DNA of 64,000 bases from Eukaryota sp. GEM-RC1 (taxonomy: Eukaryota): assembly GCA_040285855.1 (NCBI GenBank), contig JAUFOQ010000001.1, positions 3,906,001 through 3,970,000 of the forward strand, written 5' to 3'. The translations under genes were made by a program, and so were the position numbers. The notes under the pieces are model-generated. The model made no database searches. It saw only the letters and a program-made list of their open reading frames with translations, and was not told the origin of the DNA. Shown here piece after piece: positions 12,044 to 24,700 of this stretch (its first letter is position 1; each line of letters starts with the position of its first letter).

Positions 12044-12927
12044 CCTCTACTCTTATCTCTTATAATTGGAGTCAGACAAAGTATTTAAAAATGGTTCAAA
12101 AAATAAAATATGGTTCAATAAACTGTTTCTGTGTAAAAACATTACACAAATTTAATCTTCACATTTAAAGTTTAGATTTTCCCCTACATGTTTGTTCTAA
12201 GAACGTTAGGGAATGAGTTGAGGTCTGTTTCAAATTTATCATTGTGTAACAATTTATGTTGTCTTTAGTTCAAGTTCTGATCAATGTTTACATTTCAATC
12301 ATCAAAAGTCTACTGTTTTAGCACTAGTATTCACATACAGACAATTATGTATTACAAAGATAGCGAAAAATGATGGTACAAAGCTAGCTTCAGCCGTTAA
12401 ACGAGGCGAAAAGAAACACAATGTAGAAAAATTTGTCTCTGTAATTATGTATTCGTTTTTTCAAGAAGAAGAATGAATGATCACCAGAGTAGCCGAGTAG
12501 AAGCCTGTTGAGGAAGTTTTTATGCCTATGGAGTTGGCTGACATTGAATCAGAAGAGGCAGATACATTTGTGAAACTGGTCAGAGAGTCGAAGTGTCTGT
12601 TTTTGTGATAGGAAATCACAACAACCGTATTGCGAAAGGCACGGACAAGTGTATATAAAGAGGTATGATACCTCAAAGAATTCAAGTCAAACTAGTCGAG
12701 TTTTTCATGACAGCAATTGTACTAGGAGGTTGAGGAATGTAAGGCATAAGAAGATCGAAACATACAACACATGAAAAAGTATGTGGAAAAGAGAGACAGT
12801 GAACAACGTTTTAGGAGTTTGGACTACATTCTAGGAGCGAAAATAGTGTTAAGTACATGAAAAGAAATTCATTGAAAGGACCTCAATGCTGAGACTTAAA
12901 CCAAAACTACCATAGATCTATCATCAA

Positions 12928-15900
12928 ATGGATCTTGTTAATGAGCTAACAACTATGATGAACGACAATGGCAATGACACGAACAGACTATTGTTACTTC
13001 TACGTTCGTTGTTATCCACACCATACATCAACTTCAACACAGCTTCATCCATAATTCGCAGAATCGCTTCCCCCAATTGTGATGTTGGACTCCTTTGTGA
13101 CTGTCTCTCTATCATTTCTAAAAAGACCGAACAACAGTACATCACATTCTGCCATCGCTTTACAGAACTATGCCTTGAATGGCTTGACGAGACACCTTCC
13201 TCTCAAAGAATCTCCTCTGTCTGCCGTGTCATCTCAGCCCTCGGTTCTGACGTCATCAGAGACTGTCCATCCAAAAGTCTGGTTCTGAAGCTCTTCTCCT
13301 CCTTCTTCCATTCATCTAACGACGAATCCTGTCTCTCCCACCTCTCCACTGCCCTAGAAGTCATCCTCTTAGTCTCTGACGATCAACACCGTCTCCTCTT
13401 CTACAACGACAACGTTAAACACATCTTCCCCCCTCACTTACGCGGCCCTCGGTTGTTCCAACACATCTCCAACTGTTTATTAGAATACAAGAACCTCATT
13501 GCTCTTAAACTTGGATTAAAGTTCAACTCTGATATCCTTACCTCTCGTCGTCCAATCATTAACGATGCACTAAGGAAACACTTGCTGGATCATCGAGGCG
13601 GCGTTCAACACTTGTTTAAAAAGAAATATGTTTGTGCCATTCTACATGATCTTGCTCTTCATTATTCCCAATCATTTTGTCAGAAGTTGTTTGATCCAAT
13701 GTTTCATTGGCTTAAGCATTGGCATTCATCAATGTTGTTAGAGTTTTTAGCTTCAATTATGGAGGTTTTGAAGTATTCTTCTGGTTATCTATTGCTTCAA
13801 AGCTCTTCCATTAGTAATGTTTTGAATGCCACAGCCGATGCTTTGAAGAAATGCAATAAGAGCATAATGTCTAGCAATTCAGATACATCCCTATATTGGT
13901 GCTTTCAATTACTAGCTATCATGTCCTCACTGTGGCCTGAAGAAACATCCGCTCTGTTCTATGACCAAAGTGCAGTGTTTGAAAGTGTAAACGTGGCAGT
14001 TTCTCAAGGAGAAGAAGCTATTGGAGCTGTCCAAACAATTGTTCAGAATTTGAAACAACTTGTAGAAATCCAAGATTCAATCATTGCTAAAACTGTTAGT
14101 CTGCTCAATAGCCCTCTAGATGATTCGAATCTACTGCAAGTCATGAAGATACTCGGATGTTTCAGTACTTCTACTTTACCTATCACTGACTTTATCCTAA
14201 AGAATGTTCTGCCCCACCTTAAACATCAAGATCAGGAGATTCGATTTGCTGCTGGTAAGGCTGTTTTGTTCCAGTTGAGTTATAATATGACTCATTGTAA
14301 GACCATGTCACACTCTCATTTCGTACCTCAGATATTTAAAATATTAATGGCTGTAACGGCGTATACTATTTCTGAAACGTCATTTGAGTATCGTTATGAA
14401 CTTTTATCAATATTCTACAACAGTGAACAATTTTTTAATTATTTCAAAAAGACGACTTACTCATCTTCTTAACTCAAACTCTCTATGATGAAAACATCAA
14501 GGTTCGTACCATTGCCGTCCAGTTCGTGTCTAAAATTGCCAATGCTTCCCCAGGTATAGCCGCCGGTTTTCTTATTTCTCTATTCGAATCTTTGTTATTC
14601 CAATATGAATTCTCCGAGCGTTGTGATTGTGGCGTTGATGTGCCACTTCTTCTTGGAACTCTAGTAAGATCAGCAGCGCCATTGATCAAGCAACACGTGG
14701 CATTATTACTACGGTCGTTTATCTACCAATCATCAAAATTACAAGAGAAAATCAAAAACGCTGCCAAGAATAAGCAGACGTTGACTTCCGACGAAATCCT
14801 CTCACAGCTACCTCGTCCAGAAATGCTTGATACCATCTCTGACGTCATTTTAAAATCAGAACGTGGTCTTTGGAACTTATCTCAACGAAATTGGGAACTT
14901 TTTTCAACTGCAAAGTTCCTTCTGGACAATGCTAGTACTTGCCCACAGCTAGCTCCGATCCTTCGTTTGATGACGTGCATCACTCAATCAGCCGTAATCC
15001 CCATTGAGCCCTACTTTATCCACCCTGATCTCTTTTCCAGATTCGAGTATATCCTGCTTCACAACCAAAACCTTCAAACCAGACTCCATTGTCTTCGCAG
15101 TATTGGAGCCATTGGAGCTCTAGATCCTTTCATTCTCAAGCATAACGACTTCTCAGGTAAGTCTATTCGTAACACTTCTCTGTTAATCTCTCTGGAAGTA
15201 CTTCCTCAGCCAATAGAGGAAGCCACGCCATCACTTGCCTCTTTGAGAAAGAGTGTTGAGGGATTGGAAGGGGATATTGGATCAGCTTTTAGTGTGAATA
15301 AGGATATTAAGATTGCTGGAATTGTAGTTCATCATTTGCTTTATTCCATTCTTCATGAGGACAAACCTACGATTTATAAGCAGTGTTTTCTTTCTCTTTC
15401 TCAGATTTGGCGGTTTCTGCAAGCTGAATCTCAGATCTTTATTAGGTATACTTTTGAACCTGTTTATCACGTTTTGGAACGTGTTTCTGAACAAGAAGTG
15501 TTACACGCCGTATTGAATTCTGTTGCGAATCTGATTGCTGTCGTTAAAGGTCATTGTCGATTGTATGTCGATGAAATTTTACACATTTTTGAATTATGTT
15601 GGTCCGATCAACTTATTTCTAAAATTTGCTTGATTTTGGAAACTTTAAGTCAGTCCTTGGCAGATGATTTTCAAGGAAGATTTGCCCGTATTTTCATCAA
15701 ATTATTTAAATTTATTTCAAATCTTACTCCTGAAAACATGACTCCTGAACAATCTCAGGCTGTCTCCAATATTCTCAAAACGTTCTCAATCATATCCGAC
15801 CGTCTTTTGAGCTCTTATCACCAATCATTGACTCCCTATCACATTTGATTGATCCATCAAACGGTTTCCCCTCCACCCTTCGACACCCTGCGATGGAAAC

Positions 15901-18900
15901 CCTCGGTAGATTCTGCTCTTCCCTCGACGTTTCTGTTCACACCAGTAAGATCACCCACCTCCTCTTTAGAGTTCTCCAGTGTCCTTCAATCTCAGATCAT
16001 TCCAAGGACGTTTGTTTGTTTACTTTGTGCTGTTTGGCTTACAGAGTGTCCATTTATTTCCTTCCGTTTATCACAATGACTCGCCTTTTGATCACTGACC
16101 TTCCTCTTTCTTCTAACAGAAACACCCTTGAGTCCACCATCAAGGCGATTCTGGATAATGACTTATCGTCAGTTGAGGAAGTCAAGGTAAATAGGCCTGA
16201 CTATTCTCAAGTAGGTACCGAGGTTTCTCAGAGTAACTTAGTAGTTTATCCAGACTTTCGTCCAATTGAAGATGCGTTGTCAGCGTCTAATTTACATGGA
16301 GATAGTGCTTTAAGAGCCTGGAAAACGTTTTGTTGTACTTTCTTGGAATCTAATCCTAATGGAGTTATATTGTCTTGTAGAGGTTTAATTAATTTATCTG
16401 AAAAGTCCATTTATGAACTCTTTTGTCCCGCCTTTTATACGCAATGGAAGAATTTAGATGATGCAGCGAAATTAAAAATTCGTGAGTATTTGTATAGATT
16501 CTTGAATACTGACAAACTTCCAGTCTTTATTTTGCAAAGTATTTTAAAATTATGCGAATTCATGGAATTTGAACGTGAATCCATTGGTATTTGTCAAACC
16601 AAGTTATTTACTGTAGCTAAGAAGCTTGGAATGTCTGCAAAAGCGTTGTTCTATCTAGAAAGTAGTTTTGCCGCCAATCCGACTTTCAAGACTGCTCAAG
16701 ACTTGATCTCTACTCTCACTGAATTAGGAATGTCTGAATGTATCGAAGGCGTTCTCAGCCACTGTAGACTTCTACAGTGTAGTTTCATTGACCAACTTCA
16801 AGGTAGCTGTGCCTCCCTCGAAATGCGCGGCAAATGGTCCGATGCAATCAAAGAATATTCCTCTAGAATCGACCATCTCAGAACTCAAGAAGATCTCCTC
16901 TCATCCACTAACCGCCACTATCTTGCCTCCCTTGAACTAGGCAGACTCCGGTCAGTTCAAGGACTAGGAGATTGGGATCAGCTCTCAGACTTGTGTCAGA
17001 ATCTCTTTAATGATGCAACTGTAACTCAAGGAAGTTATGATCATTCTGATTTATCCTCAATTGCTATCCATGCGCATCTTAATCTCTCTCAGTATGGTTT
17101 ACTTCATCATTATACTGATTCTCTACCAACTGACTCAGCTCAGGACTGTTTGTGGAAAGCAGTCGTGAATTTGACCCATCGTAATCTAGATGACGTTACT
17201 GTTCTACTCGAACAGGCAAGAATCAAACTTGATGGTTCAATATCTGCTATTCTGGAAGATAGCCATCATGATCGTCTCTATCCCAAATACTGTATAGCTC
17301 AACATATCACTGAGGTGGAAGAACTTCATCAAATATGTTATAACTGTGGCCCAGAATCAATCCACGAAGACACTTTCCTATCAAATCCGTGTAATGATTG
17401 GATCATTAATCGTTTAGTTGATGGATCTTTCTTTGTTCCCACTGAGTCTCCTTTAGGTCAACAACTTGTTCGAATTAGGAAGTTATGGAAGAAGCGATTG
17501 CTTGGGACGATTCCTGAGCCCTTTACATGGTTGTCGAATATTATGATTCATAATATTGCACTTGATCATGTTGATCATTATGAAACAATTTTAAAATTTT
17601 GTTCTGTTTGTGTGAATCGTGGTAAGTTCCAAATGGCTCGAAAGACTATCGATAAGCTTATTGTTGCATGTGAAAACGTCAAAGGTAAGCTACAATCCGA
17701 GGAGAATCCGTTGTTGATACAATCTTATTCTGAAAAATTGTCTGAAGTTCAGCGAAATTTAAAATTCTCTGAAATTAAACTAGAATTCGCAATGGGTAAC
17801 AGGTCATCATCAATAGACAAAATCGATGACTTCATTCAATCAAATGCACATCAAATGAGTGGTCAGCTTCACTGTCGATCTCTAGTCAAACTCTCAGAGT
17901 GGACGTACGGACTTCATGGGGATAGCGATATTCACTACCGTCGCAAGGTTATTAACTATCTTAAAACGGCAACTGCCCTTGACTCCACGTGGCAACATGC
18001 CTGGCATTGTCTTGGTCTCTATGCTGGCCGAGCAGTGAAAAGGTATGCTGATTACTCCTATGTAGAACCTGCTATTAGTGCCTTTCTTAAGTCAATGAGT
18101 TCTAAAGGGGAAGATAACACTAGAAACACGCTACAAGACACTCTTCGTCTTTTACAGCTTTGGTTTAGACTTGCTGATTCTGATTCTGTAGATGCTCGAA
18201 ACTCTCTTCATAATGTACATGCTTCAATCCAAGCCTCGCTGATAACCATTAGTCCAAAGGTGTGGCTCCTTGTCCTTCCCCAGCTCATTGCTCGCTTCTG
18301 CTGTAGTACTGTGCCTACTACCACTAGAACAATGGTTAATGGTATACTGTCTGATATATTACTAGGTTTGTCCAAACAACATTTACATGCCCTAATATAT
18401 CCACTCACTGTTGCTGATAACACTTCCCCTAGTACAGAACTAGGCAGACTCATGCACAGTATTAAGGCAATGAATCAAAGTGAAGGAGATTTAATTTATG
18501 AAGCGCAAAACGTGGCTAAATCCTTGGTAAAACTCTCAGTAATTAGAATGGAAAGCTGGCAGGCCGCTATCAATCAAGTTGCCGCTCTCTGTAACTCCCA
18601 AAGGTTCGATGAGCTCCATCAATACCTGAGACCCTTTGTAGAAGAAATGAAAGAACCTACGGATATACCTCATGAGATTCTCTTCAACAAGACATTTGGA
18701 AGTCTTATTGATTCTGCGTGGAGGCACTTTGATGCTTATATTCTTTCTGTTCGTGGTGGTCGTGCTCAAACGAGGTACTTGTCTGATGCGATGAGATTTT
18801 TTGACGATTTACAGAGTCGTCTGGGAGAAAAAATTAAATTTTGTACATATTTGGAACTTCACTATGCGTGTCCACACTTGTTAAAAAGTTTCAAGGTCAA

Positions 18901-20020
18901 GCTTCCAATTCCAGGTGGATATGCTGTCAACAAAAAAGCTGTCAACATTTTTAAATTTTTGCCCCGACTCAGTATTTACCCATCCAAACAACGGCCACGT
19001 CGACTCCATGTGATTGGTGATGACGGTCATAAATATGATTACTTGCTAAAAGGAAGGGAAGATTTAAGACAAGATGAGCGAGTCATGCAATTATACGGGC
19101 TCATTAATTCATTAATGTTCCAAAACAAATTTTCAAAAATGTTTAATTCAAAATCTGTGCGTCATGACTTGTCAATTCAACGGTATGCTGTTATACCATT
19201 AGCTGCAAAGTCTGGTTTATTTGGCTTTGTGCCTCGCAGTGACACGTTGCGCCAGCTGCACAAGACTTATAGAGATTCATTTAGTACTTCCAACAGTCCC
19301 GAAGACCACACTTTGATTTGTAGATATGCTGGTAATCAGGAATCGTACCCTAAGCTCAGACATATTCACAAATTGGCAATATTTGAAAAAATTATCAATT
19401 CTACTCCTGATGATTGTTATGCTCAGCTTTTCTGGCTCACTGCAAGATCCTCTGAAGCTTGGCTTGAACACCGAGCTTATTTCACCAGGTCTCTGGCTGT
19501 GATTTCCATGGTAGGATATCTATTAGGTCTTGGAGATCGTCACCCATCAAATATGATGGTTTTACGGGAAACTGGTAAAGTCTTCCACATAGACCACGGC
19601 GATTGCTTTGAAGCTGCCATCCATCGAGAAAAATACCCAGAAACTATCCCTTTTAGACTCACTAGAATGCTTACTAGAGCTATGGAAATGACTGGGGTAG
19701 AAGGTTCATTTAGACTAACTTGTGAGTCAACAATGTCAATGTTGAGAGAGAATCGTGATCCTTTGATGGCAATGTTAGAGGTGTTTGTTTACGATCCTTT
19801 AATTACTTGGAAGAAAGATACTGAAGAGCAGACTGGTGTCATTGCTCATAATGATACAGCTGTTGGAGCTATTGATCGAGTAAATGCGAAGCTTTCTGGT
19901 AGGGATTTTGATTCGAGTAGAAAGCTGAATGTGCCAGAACAAGTAGAGTTGCTATTTAGAGAAGCTATGGATGTCGATAACTTGTGTGAATTGTATATTG
20001 GCTGGTCAGCAACCTGTTGA
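12928..20020 (+). CDS. TOR: Target of rapamycin (TOR) PIKK kinase: HEAT-FAT-FRB-kinase-FATC; two homopolymer frameshifts (~14443, ~15835)
   Basis: IGAIGALDP, LKLCEFME, AKALFYLE, LQDTLRLLQLWF, WLLVLPQLIAR, SKQRPRRL, YLLKGREDLRQDERVMQL, GLGDRHPSN, PETIPFRLTRML, LMAMLEVFVYDPL, VPEQVELL..LCELYIGW. Confidence 0.93.
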
Positions 20021-20389
20021 TATTCTATTTATATTATTGTTAGATTTCAAATGTAGTTGTGTACATAAATATTCTATTAATGACATTTTGTCAGTTAGTG
20101 TAATGGTGGTTTATCAAAATGTCTGTGGAGGTCAGTTTATCATTTCTATCATACTCGTGTGTTCAAAGTCTGTGTCGGACAATCATAACCCAGTAATTTG
20201 ACCAAACAATTCTTAACAGTTCTCTTGAACCACAATTTTCAAAAAAAAAGAAGAATTGATGACGAACTAGTCCTTCGGTTTGTCATTCCGTGCTGGAATG
20301 AACACAAAGAAAAATTGAATTAAACACTGATTCAAAAGTGTTTGTGAAAACAATCGTTTATACAGTAGATGAAAGGGACAATCAGAAAT

Positions 20390-21398
20390 ATCAAAAAGCT
20401 GTCAAACACTAGACACAGAAAATTCCTGGTCAACAGTAGTAGAATTTTATACAACTTTGTGAAAATGTATTTAAAAAACTTAGGCATCGAACGGAACAAA
20501 GAAAAAAATCAAACGGTTATGCCAAATTGATAAGTTAAATCTCTTATTCTGAGACTTACAGATAGATCCAAAATCAGTTAAAAACTTAGAAGCCATTTTT
20601 TCAATACTACCAAAAATAGAAATAGCAAATGGAACTAATACAAATTTTGTATATAAATTTTGATTTAGTTTAGCAATATCTTCGGAAAACAATTCGAATT
20701 TACGTTTTCCAGTTGTTGCTACGTGGTTGAAAACTTTTTAATTTAAGAATTTAACATAATTAGAATTTGACTAGAATCAATAAAATCACCATGTAAGTCG
20801 CCTCAACGAGAATTATTAATTAAGCCAAGATCAAACTTACTAAATAAATGTTCAACTTTGGCATGAAATACATGAGCTTTAAACATTTCAAAATTGACAT
20901 CTCTGACAGCGTTATGAAGAACGAAAAAAGAGACAACACCATTCAATCAACACTTAAAATCAAATTTCTTGTTCATTCTTTTTTTTGACAACATTCTCAA
21001 AATCAGAAAGAAAACAAAGAGCATCTTGACCAAGCTGACCATATATAGAAATTGTAAAAGGGCATTATTTATACTCAACGTGTCTAGTATGTTTGAGAGC
21101 AGTCAAGATAACATCATTTTTGTTTCTCTTATATTGTTCTAAGATAAATCAAATAGCCTACTAACACAAGGTTTGTTACAAACATCTACTGTGGTAAAAT
21201 CCATTAATGATTGACTAGATGTAAGCCACGGAGTACGGAGGTCCCCTCTTTTTGGATCAGTTGTTGTTTGTAGCTTGATTTATATTATACATCTTTTTTC
21301 CCGTGTGTTTTCATTAATGACCCCACAGTAAATTCATTTTCTGAAAGGTGATTCAAAACTGGTTCAACTTTAGACTGAAAGCCGTGTGCTTTAAACAC
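20390..21398 (-). mobile_element. Stack of degraded RLE non-LTR fragments (family B ~20390-20925, a further family ~20925-21140, family D ~21160-21398)
   Basis: Reverse-complement similarity to 9160-9490/10800-11035 and to 21897-22070; PFAISIFG and PFTISIYG motifs. Confidence 0.7.
21262..21325. mobile_element. 64-bp TG...CA insert with 4-bp TSD (putative solo mini-LTR)
   Basis: Interrupts family D sequence GATCAGTAAATTC; CAGT duplicated at 21258-21261 and 21326-21329. Confidence 0.55.
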
Positions 21399-21734
21399 TC
21401 TGAGAGATACAATTCTACCCATTTTGACGATGCTGGTGAAATAATTGTGGACTAATGGATCAACGTGTATTGTTATGATGACGTGTCAATGTATTTAGTG
21501 TTAGGATATTCACTATTCTTTATAAACCTCTAGCCTTTAGTTCCAGAAGCCAAAGTGATCACTGTGGCTTCTGCGGCGGAACTGAATTGATAACTTTCTT
21601 CGAGGTAGTTCAATAAAGCTTCATCAGATTCTTACACCTCGTTGCCATTCGTTGAGTATCGACAGTTTGGGTCAATTGACCCCAAACTTCCAGATCAGGC
21701 CTCCCAGACTGGATTCTCTTTCCGAAGAGTCGAT

Positions 21735-24700
21735 CAATATGCGTCTTCGTTTGGCTATCTGGCCTGCAAATTTACTAAACTATTCAACTTGCTCTTGTGG
21801 AGCTAATGGTGTTTTTCGTCATTTAATTAATTGTCGTTATTTTATTCATCTACGTGCAGTAATTCATGATGGTGTACGTGATTCTTGTTATTTCATGTTT
21901 AAAGCACATGGTTTTCACTCTAAAGTTGAACCAGTTTTGAATCATCTTTCAGAAAATGAATTTACTGATCAAAAAGAGAGGACCTCCATACTCCGTGGCT
22001 TAAATCGAATCAATCGTTAATGGATTTTACTACATTAGATGTTTGTAACAAATCTTGTATTAGTAGGATATTAGATTCTCCTTTTAATCGGTTAACAGCT
22101 GCTGAAAAGCTCAAACACTCCAAGTATGACTCTCAAGTAGAAGAAATTAATCGAAACTCATATTCCAAATTTGTGTTTCAACCATTTGATGTTTCTCTTT
22201 TTTGATCGATTACTGCTGGTGATCAATTTTTCAAGGATTTCGAAGAACTGTGTAAAGAAATTGTTTTTAAAAAATCAGTTTTTATTGACAACAACACTGC
22301 AATGTACACACATCTAATAATCAATATTATTAATTTATTGGTGCAAATAAACTCTTATACTCTAATAATCAATATGCTCAAAGTCCAGATTGCCTATCTG
22401 GAAATTTTCACCTACCTTGTCCTCATAATATCTGCCAAGAGTTCATAAAGCGCTAGATAAAGAAGTCACCATACCTTTAAAGATAGCAAACACAATTCGA
22501 CTTTTCCAAAATCTAAGATCAAAAGTCCTACTAGTAGGTGTTTTCTTTTACAATCTTCACAAATATTTCACATAATGATGTTGCAGATTCACCTAAAGAA
22601 CCGTACAGTGAAAATACAAAAGAATACAACAAGTAATTCGAGTGTGAAGCCGAATTCAATAATTTCAATTTAGCACAATATTTTTGTATTTTAAATTTTT
22701 CACCAATCAACAAGGGGTTTTTAGCATTAGATTTAGCAAGTTTCTTGTTGAAATCATTACAAACATCGATAGACATAACATCAGCAATAATAAAAGATCC
22801 ATCGAGATCAGGAAATATGACATCACCACGGCTATTTCCAAACGATTTGTCAACATCTGTATCATCAAACAAACCAGCCAGAACTTGTTCTAAAAAGGAA
22901 ACTATTCCATAAGATTTACACATACAATATAATTGAACCCTTACTGAATCATGAACCTTACTTCTTGTTTTTGACATTTTCACTATTTATTCTAAATGTA
23001 ATAGACAACAACACTACAGTGTACATACATCTAATAATCAATGTCCTCAAAGTCCAGATTGCCTAACTGGAAATTTTCACCTACCTTATCTTCATAATGT
23101 CTGCCAAGAGACAATAAAGCGCTAGATACAGAAGTCACCATACCTTTAAAGATAGCAAACACGATTCGATTTTTCCCAAATCTAAGATCAAAAGTCCTAG
23201 ATGTTTTTTCTTTTACAATCTTCACAAATATTTCAATAAAAAATGCCTTTTATTTACTCTTACAAATACAAACTATCATCAATATTAACAAATGAGATAC
23301 AAATACCACTACATCATCTCAAATTCATGTCTCAATAGAAAGAGACGGTTCAAAAATGAATCAAAATACCTAAACAATGCTTTGAAAGGGAAAACGACAA
23401 CCTTCCTCTCCAGTAACTTTCATTAAAAGTCTTTCCATACTGCTTACACAATATGCCAAAATCTGTGAGAAATTGTTGACCGAAGCAACCAAGCGTACCA
23501 TAAAGAGAAATAGCAAAAGGATGGAAAACAAAAGGATTGTGTCGGCGAGAATTCATCTTGGAAATTAATTCATCATAACGGTCTAATTTTTTCCTTTCAG
23601 CAGTTTCAAGAGCTGAATAGTTTTCGTCTAAAATTTTGTTAACGGAAGTTGAGTTACAAGGATCAACCGCAGTAAAGTCCATAATTATTTCTTGAGAGGA
23701 CAACCAAGGACCAATCAAATCACCTCTGCTCTTATCCCTCATATTGAGTCAGACAAAGTATATAAAACTGGTTCGATTTTCCCATGAAAACCATTGCTCT
23801 TAAACAGTTCTAAACATTGATCACGTAAACTGTTGTGAATAATTGATCTTAAATGAATAAACTTATGACAGTTGACCACATGATGGAAAGAGGCTAAAGA
23901 AGAACCACATACACAAGTAGACTTTTGCAGGAGACCAACAGGCCATAAACCCAACCTCAAACGAATGTTGATAAGCCATTCATGATCTTTTAAGTTGAAA
24001 CTATATCTTTGAGGATATCGAGTAATCAAAGTAGAAGCCTCATCACTAGAAATGTCTTTCAAAAAAGCACAAAAAGCGGGACTCTCGATTTTAGCCAAGC
24101 TAATACGATTGTTAAAGTCCAAGCTTTCATGATAGTTGATAAATTGCTTCTGCAATTTACGGACACATAGTGGTAAGGAGAACAAACTTCTTTGAGGGAT
24201 CTCAGTGATATTTCAAGTAATGATGTTGCAGATTCACCTAAAGAACCGTACAGTGAAAATACAAAAGAATACAACAAGTAATTCGAGTGTGAAGCCGAAT
24301 TCAATAATTTCAATTTAGCACAATATTTTTGTATTTTAAATTTTTCACCAATCAACAAGGGGTTTTTAGCACTAGATTTAGCAAGTTTCTTGTTGAAATC
24401 ATTACAAACATCGATAGACATAACATCAGCAATAATAAAAGATCCATCGAGATCAGGAAATATGACATCACCACGGCTATTTCCAAACGATTTGTCAACA
24501 TCTGTATCATCAAACAAACCAGCCAGAACTGGTTCTAAAAAGGAAACTATTCCATAAGATTTACACATACAATATAATTGATCCCTTACTGAATCATGAA
24601 CCTTACTTCTTTTTTTTTGACATTTTCACTATTTATTCTAAATGTAATAGACAACAACACTACAGTGTACATACATCTAATAATCAATGTCCTCAAAGTC

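Noticed and set aside
12380..12790. Small minus-strand ORF divergent from TOR
   Set aside because: Interrupted frame and no recognisable homology.
47..20020. Programmed frameshifting, RNA editing or tiny introns explaining broken UTP18, orn and TOR ORFs
   Set aside because: Most breaks are single-base indels in homopolymers, and near-identical repeat copies differ at the same kind of site. Sequencing error is the simplest explanation; no convincing GT-AG introns are needed.
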